NCBI GenBank assembly: GCA_031370005.1
Contig: JANMPT010000061.1
Location: forward strand, 1-30,779
DNA: 30,779 bases
Reading direction: 5' to 3'
Origin: Bdellovibrionales bacterium
GTDB lineage: Bacteria; Bdellovibrionota; Bdellovibrionia; Bdellovibrionales; Bdellovibrionaceae
Part shown: positions 18,653-26,284 of the stretch, piece after piece
How positions within the stretch are numbered: position 1 is the first letter of the stretch
How the letters are laid out: each line of letters begins with the position of its first letter
Notes under the pieces: model-generated
What the model was told of the DNA's origin: nothing
What the model saw: the letters and a program-made list of their open reading frames with translations, nothing else
The model's database searches: none
Translations under genes and position numbers: made by a program

Positions 18653-19822
18653 TCAACCGTTCACCTTATCAAAAGCTGACTTTAAATCGCCCAAAAGATC
18701 TTCGAGATCTTCGACTCCAACGGAAAGACGTATTAAAGAATCATCGATGCCCAATGCTTTGCGACTCTCAATTGGAACGGACGCATGCGTCATAATTGCC
18801 GGATGCTCAACCAGGGATTCAACTCCCCCTAAGCTCTCCGCTAATGCGAAAATTTGAACACTTTCAAGAAAAGTCCGCGCAGCGCCAAGTCCGCCCTTCA
18901 TATAAAAAGTAATCATGCCTCCCATTCCCGTCATCTGTTCTTTCGCCAAACCATGCTGTGGATGAGATTTCAAACCTGGATATATTACCTTTTCTACTTT
19001 TGAATGAGATTCCAAAAAATCAGCAATTGCAATTGCATTGGCCTCATGTGCTTTCATACGAAGAGGCAGCGTCTTTAAACTTCTTAGACACATGAAGGAG
19101 TCCATTGCCCCTTGAATTCCCCCCATTGAATTACTCAAGAAGGCCAGCTTCTCAGCGAGATCATCACGATGAGTTACAGCAACACCGCCAACCACGTCAC
19201 TATGTCCACCAATATATTTTGTGGCTGAGTGAACTACGATGTCCGCACCCAGCAATAGCGGTTTTTGAAAGTACGGGCTCATAAAAGTATTATCGACAAC
19301 GGTGATGATTCCTTTTTCGCCTGCCGCCTTCGCTATCTTTTTAATATCAATAAGCTTCAACGTTGGGTTGGTCGGCGTCTCCAGCCAAACTAGTTTTGTA
19401 TTTGGCCTCAAGGCTTTAGTGAAGTTCTGTGGGTTCGTAAGGTCCACATAACTGAAATCAATGCCATTGTTTTTCAAAACTTTATTAAAAAGACGGAAGG
19501 TCCCCCCGTACATATCATCGCCTGCAATGACGTGATCGCCATTTTGAAGCATATGCATGATTGTCGTTGTAGCAGCGCATCCTGAAGCAAAGGCAAAGCC
19601 GTACTTTCCCCCTTCAAGATTTGCTAAGCAATCTTCATAGGCTTTTCGCGTGGGGTTATGGGTTCGGCTATACTCCCAGCCTTTATGCACTCCTGGCGAC
19701 TCTTGCACATAAGTTGACGTCATATAAATAGGCGTCATAATTGCGCCGGTCGTTGGGTCTGGCTGTTGTCCGGCATGAATTGCTCGTGTAGCAAAGCCAA
19801 GATGCTTCATATCTTTTTTCAT
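18653..19822 (-). CDS. Cystathionine gamma-lyase/gamma-synthase (PLP, Cys/Met metabolism family)
   Basis: FATRAIHAGQ, EYSRTHNPTR, VWLETPTNP, HSATKYIGGHSD, LAESLGGVESL; adjacent to cystathionine beta-synthase. Confidence 0.93.
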   Translation of the reverse strand: MKKDMKHLGFATRAIHAGQQPDPTTGAIMTPIYMTSTYVQESPGVHKGWEYSRTHNPTRKAYEDCLANLEGGKYGFAFASGCAATTTIMHMLQNGDHVIAGDDMYGGTFRLFNKVLKNNGIDFSYVDLTNPQNFTKALRPNTKLVWLETPTNPTLKLIDIKKIAKAAGEKGIITVVDNTFMSPYFQKPLLLGADIVVHSATKYIGGHSDVVGGVAVTHRDDLAEKLAFLSNSMGGIQGAMDSFMCLRSLKTLPLRMKAHEANAIAIADFLESHSKVEKVIYPGLKSHPQHGLAKEQMTGMGGMITFYMKGGLGAARTFLESVQIFALAESLGGVESLVEHPAIMTHASVPIESRKALGIDDSLIRLSVGVEDLEDLLGDLKSAFDKVNG

Positions 19823-19833
19823 AAATGACGTCC

Positions 19834-20886
19834 TTATTTTTTCTGAAGCTCCTGGAGAGCTTGTTCTGCTAGAATCACGCGATTAAACGTGTTTTTCGTG
19901 TCTTCTTCCTTAAGCAAACCGTTATCAACCATCCATTGATCGTTGAAAGCCTTGCTAAGATACGCTCTGCCGCTGTCTGGAAAAATCACAACTATATTAG
20001 ATGGTTTTTCCAAGTTCTCCGCCATTTTCCAAGCGCCAACAAGAGCCAATCCACTTGAGGGGCCTACCAAAAGGCCTTCCTTAGCTACCAACTCGCGAGT
20101 CAGATCAAAAGCCTCTTGGTCAGAAACTTTAACAAAACCATCGTATATATTCAAATGCACGTTGTCGGGGAGCATGTCTTCTCCGACCCCCTCTACGGAA
20201 TATGAGCCCGGCGGGTCCACGACCTTCTTATAGTAGTAGAGATCATAGAGAATACTGCCAATCGGATCTGCGCAAATAACTTTGATCTGAGAATTTTTTT
20301 CTTTTAAAAACTTCGCGCAACCAGAAAGAGTGCCGCCAGTTCCAGCGCCGCCAACTAAAACATCTACTTTTCCACCCATTTGTTCCCAAATTTCAGGACC
20401 TGTTGTCTCATAATGACGTTTTGGATTGTCCGGATTGTGAAACTGGTTAACCAAGAAAGCCCCGGGGGTCATTTCTGCAATCTTTTTAGCAACGGAATAG
20501 TGACTCATTGGATGATCGGGCCCCACTCCTGCTGGTGTGATCACCACGCGCGCGCCATAAGCACGCAATATAGCTCTTTTTTCTTCGCTCATTTTTTCTG
20601 GCATTATAAATATACACTTATAACCCTTAACGGCGCCAACGAGAGCCAATCCAACGCCGGTATTTCCTGAGGTGGCCTCCACGATTGTGCCTCCAGGCTT
20701 CAAATCACCCCGTTTTTCAGCATCTTCGATCATGGCTACCGCAACACGATCTTTAATGCTGCCGCCAGGATTGAAATATTCCACTTTTGCGAAAAAATTA
20801 TGTTTCGAGTGTGGAAATGTATTTTTAAGTTCAACAATGGGCGTGTGCCCAATGGTTTCGAGGATGTTCTTATAATATTTAGACAT
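19834..20886 (-). CDS. Cystathionine beta-synthase / cysteine synthase family (fold-type II PLP)
   Basis: KVEYFNPGGSIKDR, EATSGNTG, GAGTGGT, YSVEGVG, FPDSGRAYLSK; no C-terminal CBS-domain pair. Confidence 0.92.
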   Translation of the reverse strand: MSKYYKNILETIGHTPIVELKNTFPHSKHNFFAKVEYFNPGGSIKDRVAVAMIEDAEKRGDLKPGGTIVEATSGNTGVGLALVGAVKGYKCIFIMPEKMSEEKRAILRAYGARVVITPAGVGPDHPMSHYSVAKKIAEMTPGAFLVNQFHNPDNPKRHYETTGPEIWEQMGGKVDVLVGGAGTGGTLSGCAKFLKEKNSQIKVICADPIGSILYDLYYYKKVVDPPGSYSVEGVGEDMLPDNVHLNIYDGFVKVSDQEAFDLTRELVAKEGLLVGPSSGLALVGAWKMAENLEKPSNIVVIFPDSGRAYLSKAFNDQWMVDNGLLKEEDTKNTFNRVILAEQALQELQKK

Positions 20887-21104
20887 TAGGGTACTTGGCT
20901 TTCTAAGTTTTTTCTTCTTTGTTCAGTAAGATAAACATTATTCATGGACTGTAAAACAGTATTCATTAGAATCAATGGATCTGCTGAATAAGAGATTCCG
21001 AGTTTCAAAGAAAGTTTTTTGACCATTTGCTCGTTTGGCTGAGCCCTCAATAACTCCTCGACCAGTTTCTCTAAATTTTCTTGCTTAGTGCTAACACTTG
21101 CCAT
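20886..21104 (-). CDS. Small hypothetical protein (72 aa)
   Basis: GGAGGA RBS; stop overlaps the cbs start (TAATG). Confidence 0.7.
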   Translation of the reverse strand: MASVSTKQENLEKLVEELLRAQPNEQMVKKLSLKLGISYSADPLILMNTVLQSMNNVYLTEQRRKNLESQVP

Positions 21105-21128
21105 CCGATCCTCCAGCAGCTCACTGTA

Positions 21129-21566
21129 TCACCCGCCCCCCAAAGAGTGAAAAAAATTTTGCAGAAGAGGGCCAAAAAGAAGCAGCAAAAATGCTGGAAA
21201 CTGCATCAGAAGCAGGGGGCCTAGCAGGAAAAACGGCAGCTTTGACAACTTGCGACTGATTTCGTCATGGCATGCTTCGATGGTTTCTTGTTCCAGCTGG
21301 CAAAGAAAAACATAAATACTCTCACCCCTCAAGCCACGCTCCAGTAGGTCTAAAAGACTGCGACGGTACTGAGATCTTTGTTTTTGGAGAATTTCTGTTG
21401 CTTCTAGGCCCTGATCAAACAATGTGATCCATTTTGTGACATCCCTAGCAAAGCGAGACCGGTCCTCTCGAACAAATGAGCGAATCCCACTTCTTACAGA
21501 ACTGCCGACCTCAATGCTTCGCTTTACATATGAGATGAGTTGCAAAGAGGGCGCTATGTATTCCAT
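21129..21566 (-). CDS. Short TadC-like (GspF/PilC family) membrane protein
   Basis: Helical segment followed by LSKLPFFLLGPLLLMQFPAFLLLLFGPLL, resembling the TadC C-terminal TM; overlaps the TadB-like gene. Confidence 0.55.
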   Translation of the reverse strand: MEYIAPSLQLISYVKRSIEVGSSVRSGIRSFVREDRSRFARDVTKWITLFDQGLEATEILQKQRSQYRRSLLDLLERGLRGESIYVFLCQLEQETIEACHDEISRKLSKLPFFLLGPLLLMQFPAFLLLLFGPLLQNFFHSLGGG

Positions 21567-22291
21567 TGAAACCTTTTGCCGATGACAAAAACTGTCACCA
21601 TGCCGCTGAAAAACAAAGCCCCAGAGCTTATAATCAGCCCCTTATGTTGATAAAATCCAAATTGAGTGATCATAAAAAACAACAATCCGACATAAAGAGC
21701 CGCCGAAATGACTGCTTGCAGACGAATTTGCAGACTCACCTGTCCCGACCTACGTCGAAAGTCTTCCATGATTTTGAGATTTTTTCGCAAGGACCTCAGC
21801 TGATCTGCGCATTTTGATTGTGATTTCTCAATCCGGCTCAATTCGTCAAAAAGATTTCTAAGCGACGCTGATTTCAGGCTCGCAGAAGAGTTCTCAAATA
21901 CAATTGCGTGAACTAGATTTTCCAATGAAACCCTTAGTAGGCTTGATTCTTGGTGCGACAATGTCACCAAAGACGATCGCAGAGTTTGCCCTGATTGAAC
22001 GCCGAGAATGAGATGGTCTAACATCCTCAATGTTTGTGATTGAATCAGTTTTTCTTGATATACATAAAAAAAATGCGGCAAAAACTTCAATAAAATAAAC
22101 ATCGAGCCAAAAAAAAGCCACAAAAGCATCGGGTGAAGGCTCCACATGATAAAGAAAAAGATCATAAGACATGCCAAAATGAGAAAAATCCGCGCATGAA
22201 GATTCGTAAGGCCAACATTTTGCAAAGAAGAGGCAAGAATCCGATGTGCGAAGATGAATCCGAGGCTCGTAATCAGGATCGAAACATTCAT
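21554..22291 (-). CDS. TadB-like (type II secretion system F family) membrane protein
   Basis: N-terminal TMs, LDHLILGVQSGQTLRSSL, and RRRSGQVSLQIRLQAVISAAL before two C-terminal TMs; ATG 22291 is 8 nt after GGAGG. Confidence 0.68.
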   Translation of the reverse strand: MNVSILITSLGFIFAHRILASSLQNVGLTNLHARIFLILACLMIFFFIMWSLHPMLLWLFFGSMFILLKFLPHFFYVYQEKLIQSQTLRMLDHLILGVQSGQTLRSSLVTLSHQESSLLRVSLENLVHAIVFENSSASLKSASLRNLFDELSRIEKSQSKCADQLRSLRKNLKIMEDFRRRSGQVSLQIRLQAVISAALYVGLLFFMITQFGFYQHKGLIISSGALFFSGMVTVFVIGKRFQWNT

Positions 22292-22347
22292 GAACATGAC
22301 CTCCTCACCATTAGTCCTCGCAAAAAGAGTGCCCTTGAATTTTTTTA

Positions 22348-22376
22348 TTGACGGCGTAAGTCGAATTGTGAAGACT
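22348..22376 (+). promoter_or_regulatory. Putative sigma-70 promoter for the 30-aa basic peptide
   Basis: TTGACG-N17-AAGACT preceded by a T-rich, UP-element-like tract. Confidence 0.4.
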
Positions 22377-22436
22377 TAGATTAAGAAGTAAATTGAAGCG
22401 TTAACAACAACAACGATTGCATCCTAGGAGGAGCAA

Positions 22437-22529
22437 ATGGCAAAAAAGAAAGCTACTAAAAAAGCAGCTAAAAAAACTACAAAGAAAGCTACTAAGAAGA
22501 AAGCTACTAAAAAAGCTTCTAAGAAATAG
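22437..22529 (+). CDS. 30-aa Lys/Ala/Thr-rich histone-H1-tail-like micro-protein MAKKKATKKAAKKTTKKATKKKATKKASKK
   Basis: Perfect AGGAGG RBS (22426-22431) 5 nt before ATG; 16 of 30 residues are Lys, none acidic; followed by a strong terminator. Below the ORF-track size cutoff. Confidence 0.85.
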   Translation: MAKKKATKKAAKKTTKKATKKKATKKASKK

Positions 22530-22555
22530 TTTCCTTGGTACTGACTCAGTACTTT

Positions 22556-22586
22556 AAAACCCGCATTGTAAAATGCGGGTTTTTTT
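22556..22586. terminator. Bidirectional intrinsic terminator
   Basis: AAAACCCGCATT-GTAA-AATGCGGGTTTTTTT perfect inverted repeat between the convergent micro-protein gene and MCE operon. Confidence 0.9.
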
Positions 22587-22599
22587 ATTCTTTAATGAC

Positions 22600-23196
22600 T
22601 TAGAAATAGTAAGCCGCGCCTACGGAGCCCGTAGGAACCACCATTCCGCGATGAACCTCGTCCAACAAGACGATTTCTGCAAAAAAAGATGTGCCGGCAA
22701 GATTGCCTGTTAATTCGGTATATTGAAGACCGATGGATCCAGATATAAAGTCTGTCGCAAATTGACCAGAGGACTTTTGATCCGCGTTTAAAACCTGTTC
22801 TAAAACGTCGGCTTTTTGGTAATTTCCTATACCACTTGAATTATACCAACGCGCATAACCCAGGGTTGTGTATGGTGCGATCCTATCGCCCAAAAAACTA
22901 TGCTTCCACAAAATATTTACGGAACTATAGCCAGGGCCTCCACCAACTCCTGCTAGTGCCCCATCCATGTCTTCGAAATTAATTTCAAAGTTAAGACCAT
23001 AAGAGCCTAAAGAGCCCCCGAGGGCCAGGCCCAGACCCACTTTGCGAGCTTCCCGGAGGGCAAGATTGTCTTGATAGTTGTTGTTTTCATCAACTTTAAA
23101 GACATTCGTGACGGTTGTGCTGAAATCATCAGCATAAGATGCCAGTGGCAACATAAAAACAGCCAAAATAAAAAGACGTTGTGCTAATTTATGCAT
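22600..23196 (-). CDS. Putative small outer-membrane beta-barrel protein (about 8 strands)
   Basis: Signal peptide ending ASYA; alternating amphipathic strands (VGLGLALGG, YGLNFEINF, IAPYTTLGYARW, SGSIGLQY); C-terminal GAAYYF beta-signal. Last gene of the MCE operon. Confidence 0.7.
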   Translation of the reverse strand: MHKLAQRLFILAVFMLPLASYADDFSTTVTNVFKVDENNNYQDNLALREARKVGLGLALGGSLGSYGLNFEINFEDMDGALAGVGGGPGYSSVNILWKHSFLGDRIAPYTTLGYARWYNSSGIGNYQKADVLEQVLNADQKSSGQFATDFISGSIGLQYTELTGNLAGTSFFAEIVLLDEVHRGMVVPTGSVGAAYYF

Positions 23197-23205
23197 AAAT
23201 CCTCC

Positions 23206-23982
23206 CTATAAAACGCGGGCCCTCAGACCCTCTTCTTGAAAGAACTTCCTTAGAGCCGGACCATCCACCGGCTCTAAACGGAATAACAGCTTGTGAATCA
23301 AATCAAAAGTATCCAATGACTTTTTGGTTCGCAACTCACCTGTTAAGTAGGCCATGTCATCGCTTATCTTGATGGCATTATCAAGTAGTCTTGCCATGTC
23401 TTTGTTTTTCGACGTTTTGTCTAGGAGCGACAAGGTTTTATTAAAATTCGTAATCAAACGGTCTATTTGGGTGATCACACTTGTAACAGAGCCCTCATTT
23501 TTTTCAACCAGCTCTATGATTTTCCCTGCAAGGCCATAGCTTTGAGAAATTAATTGATCAATTCGTGGAGGGTCCTCGCCACGGATGTAGTCTCCGGAGC
23601 TAAGATTACCAGAGTCGGTGCTTCCAGGGGAAATCTCGAGAAACTTCTCTCCGATGACTCCTGCTAAATTAATAAAAAACTTAGAGTCTTTACGAAGAGT
23701 CGGCCATGCCTTTTTATCCACTGTAATTTGAATACGCAATTTAACCTCTTCACCATTGGGACTTTTATATCCCGGCTCAAAGTTAATTTTTTTGACCTTT
23801 CCGACTTTGATACCCATTACACGAACCGGAGAGCCCTCTTCAATACCTCCTGCGTAGTTGTACATAACGTTAAGATCATAGGTATTTGAAAATGGCGCGA
23901 CTAGACCCATCATATACGCAAAGGTGACGATCAAAATAATCGCAGCAAGCGCAAGCAGACCCACCTTGGTTTCAATCTTCAT
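23206..23982 (-). CDS. mlaD: MCE (MlaD-family) protein with C-terminal helical extension
   Basis: ETKVG N-terminal TM anchor, AGGIEEGSPVRVMGIKVGKV, GVIGEKFLEISPG, followed by about 120 helical residues. Confidence 0.9.
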   Translation of the reverse strand: MKIETKVGLLALAAIILIVTFAYMMGLVAPFSNTYDLNVMYNYAGGIEEGSPVRVMGIKVGKVKKINFEPGYKSPNGEEVKLRIQITVDKKAWPTLRKDSKFFINLAGVIGEKFLEISPGSTDSGNLSSGDYIRGEDPPRIDQLISQSYGLAGKIIELVEKNEGSVTSVITQIDRLITNFNKTLSLLDKTSKNKDMARLLDNAIKISDDMAYLTGELRTKKSLDTFDLIHKLLFRLEPVDGPALRKFFQEEGLRARVL

Positions 23983-24024
23983 AAAACACTCCGTAATAAT
24001 TTAAGAATTCGTCTTAAATCTTTC

Positions 24025-24717
24025 TTAGTATAGATAACTGAACGCATAAGACAAAAGAAAATCAATTATAATAACTGCCATCGATCCTGCGACAACACTG
24101 TTTGTCGTTGCTCGCCCCACACCCTCTGCTCCTTCTTCACAACGAAATCCGAAATAGCAGCTAATCAATGGAATTACTGCTCCAAAGCATGCTGCCTTAA
24201 TGATCGCGAAAATTAGATCTTTAAACTGAACAAAGCGTTTCATTCCAGTAATAAACATCGCCGGTGTATAGCCGAGGTAAGAACTGCTCACAGCCATCGC
24301 GCTGAAAATACAAGTCATATTCGCAATAACCGTTAGAAACACTGCGCCCAAAATACACGCGACTAGACGAGGCATCAGCAAATAATTAACCGGATATATG
24401 CCCAGCATTTTAAGTGCATCAATTTGCTCTGTGATCTTCATGGTTCCTACTTCCGCAGCGATCCCCGCTCCGACTCTCGAGGTCAGCAGAAGGGCCGTAA
24501 CAACGGCCGCAAGTTCTCGTAAGATTAACATGGCTGCAAAACCGGGAACCATCGAATCATTTTGAATGACGATCTTCATATGAAATGAAGACTCAAGAAT
24601 CGTTACCATGGCAGCAAAGCTCACGCAGAAAACAATGATTACAAGACTGCCGTTTCCTACAAAATACAGCTGTTCGAAAGTTTCCTTCCAACGAAACCGT
24701 CTTGCTCGTTCCTTCAT
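24025..24717 (-). CDS. mlaE: MlaE/YrbE-family ABC permease B
   Basis: RELAAVVTALLLTSRVGAGIAAEVGTMKITEQIDALKMLG, GAEGVGRATTNSVV. Confidence 0.92.
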   Translation of the reverse strand: MKERARRFRWKETFEQLYFVGNGSLVIIVFCVSFAAMVTILESSFHMKIVIQNDSMVPGFAAMLILRELAAVVTALLLTSRVGAGIAAEVGTMKITEQIDALKMLGIYPVNYLLMPRLVACILGAVFLTVIANMTCIFSAMAVSSSYLGYTPAMFITGMKRFVQFKDLIFAIIKAACFGAVIPLISCYFGFRCEEGAEGVGRATTNSVVAGSMAVIIIDFLLSYAFSYLY

Positions 24718-25503
24718 CTAAAACCCTCTGACTATATGAAGAATAATTTCACCAATAAAGCTTGTCAGCCAATCTGTCACCACAATCGCAATCATCGTGA
24801 CAACAGAAGTTAAAACCACAGCACGTCCGACACCCTTTGCTCCTCCCGTCGCAAAATAGCCTTTTTGAGTGCAAATCGTGGCAAGAACTAAGCCGAAAAC
24901 AAAACATTTTACAAGGCTCCCGACAATTGAAGGAATCGTAATAATTGTGGGAACATGGCGCATATATTCTTCAGGATTCACTCCTGCGAAAAAAAAGCCC
25001 AGGAACATCCCGCCTATAATAGACATAAAAAGGCCTAAAAATAATAGAAAAAAACTCGATATAACAATCCCTAAAAAACGCGGTACGATGATTTCCTGAA
25101 TTGGATTTGCCCCTAGGCAGCGAATTGCATCTATCTGCTCAGTCACACGCATTGTTCCCAGCTCTGCAGAGGTAAAGGCCCCGATTTTTCCACTGAGCAT
25201 AAAGGCAATCAGCAAGGGTCCTACTTCGCGAAAGGTTGCACTCGTTGCTAATCCTCCCAAAAAACCTAAAGCGCCAAACTCTTTCATTTGGAGCGTAAAT
25301 TGAACGGTCATGATGGCACCAACAAAAAAGCCAGCCACCGCCGTGATGACAAGACTTTCAGTGGTCACATACCAAACCTGCTTTAAAATCAATTGCAACC
25401 GCGTTGGTCTAGAGATCATCGTCACCATGATCTCGGTGAAAAAAATAAGGCTTTTTCCAACTTCATCTGCAACTTCAATCAAACCCCGAACCATCACTAT
25501 CAT
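24718..25503 (-). CDS. mlaE: MlaE/YrbE-family ABC permease A
   Basis: REVGPLLIAFMLSGKIGAFTSAELGTMRVTEQIDAIRCLG, GGAKGVGRAV; ATGA overlap with the ATPase gene. Confidence 0.92.
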   Translation of the reverse strand: MIVMVRGLIEVADEVGKSLIFFTEIMVTMISRPTRLQLILKQVWYVTTESLVITAVAGFFVGAIMTVQFTLQMKEFGALGFLGGLATSATFREVGPLLIAFMLSGKIGAFTSAELGTMRVTEQIDAIRCLGANPIQEIIVPRFLGIVISSFFLLFLGLFMSIIGGMFLGFFFAGVNPEEYMRHVPTIITIPSIVGSLVKCFVFGLVLATICTQKGYFATGGAKGVGRAVVLTSVVTMIAIVVTDWLTSFIGEIILHIVRGF

Positions 25504-26228
25504 AACAAAGCCTCAGCCAAAAAGTCCCTCACCAGAGGAACCTGAGACTTTTTCAGCTCCTCAGGTGTGCCAATCGTGACAATTTCACCTTTATCCAACA
25601 CCACAATACGGTCAGCAATGCTCAATGCACAGTGCATGTCGTGACTAACGACAAGAGAAGTGGTTTTAAGACTGCGTGAAAGATCAAAAATAAGCTGATT
25701 TACAGCATTGGTGGTAATGGGATCTAAGCCCGTCGTGGGCTCATCAAAAAGCAAAATCTTTGGCTCTAGCGCTACTGTTCTTGCAAGACTGACGCGTTTT
25801 TGCATCCCATAAGAAATTTTCGCCGGCATCTTATCTTCAATACCGCTCAAATGAACGAGATTCAGGGCTTTTTTTACTTTCTCAGCAATTACACCCTCCT
25901 CTAGTTGATAATGACGGCGCAGTCCAAAAGCCACATTCTCATAAACTGTTAGAGAATCAAAAAGCGCTGGGTGCTGAAAAACCATTCCGCATTTTTTACG
26001 AATTGGCAGGTACTTCTCTTCACTGAGTTTGCTAACTTCTTCGCCGTCAATCCAAATCTCGCCCTCATCAGGACGTAAAAGTCCCACGATGTTTTTCAAA
26101 AGCACTGATTTGCCTGTTCCAGACATGCCCAAAATAAATAGAATCTCGCCCTCTCGGATATCAAGATTTAAGCCATTTAGAACAGCTCGGCCTCCGAACC
26201 GTTTAATAAGATTCTTAAATTGGATCAT
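25500..26228 (-). CDS. mlaF: MlaF-family ABC ATPase 2 (canonical Walker B and H-loop, degenerate signature ISYGM)
   Basis: GMSGTGKS, MVFQHPALFDSL, ISYGMQKR, LLFDEPTTGLDP, VSHD. The start could instead be GTG 26285. Confidence 0.9.
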   Translation of the reverse strand: MIQFKNLIKRFGGRAVLNGLNLDIREGEILFILGMSGTGKSVLLKNIVGLLRPDEGEIWIDGEEVSKLSEEKYLPIRKKCGMVFQHPALFDSLTVYENVAFGLRRHYQLEEGVIAEKVKKALNLVHLSGIEDKMPAKISYGMQKRVSLARTVALEPKILLFDEPTTGLDPITTNAVNQLIFDLSRSLKTTSLVVSHDMHCALSIADRIVVLDKGEIVTIGTPEELKKSQVPLVRDFLAEALL

Positions 26229-26284
26229 TGCAACATCATAGTTAGAACTTCTCTTTATTTGCAAGCGTGGATCTGCAGCAAGCA

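Noticed and set aside
18606..18656. TTGACA upstream of tRNA-Phe as a sigma-70 promoter
   Set aside because: The -35 is perfect but there is no convincing -10 at 16-18 nt spacing.
22440..22526. AAGAAAGCTACT-like tandem repeats as a CRISPR array or non-coding VNTR
   Set aside because: No spacers; the units vary at synonymous positions and lie in frame between an RBS-ATG and a stop, so they are coding.
24718..24720. Pyrrolysine or genome-wide recoding of TAG at the permease junction
   Set aside because: TAG terminates other clear genes here (tsf, rseP, pgeF, sucD), no pyl genes are visible, and the downstream gene has its own RBS.
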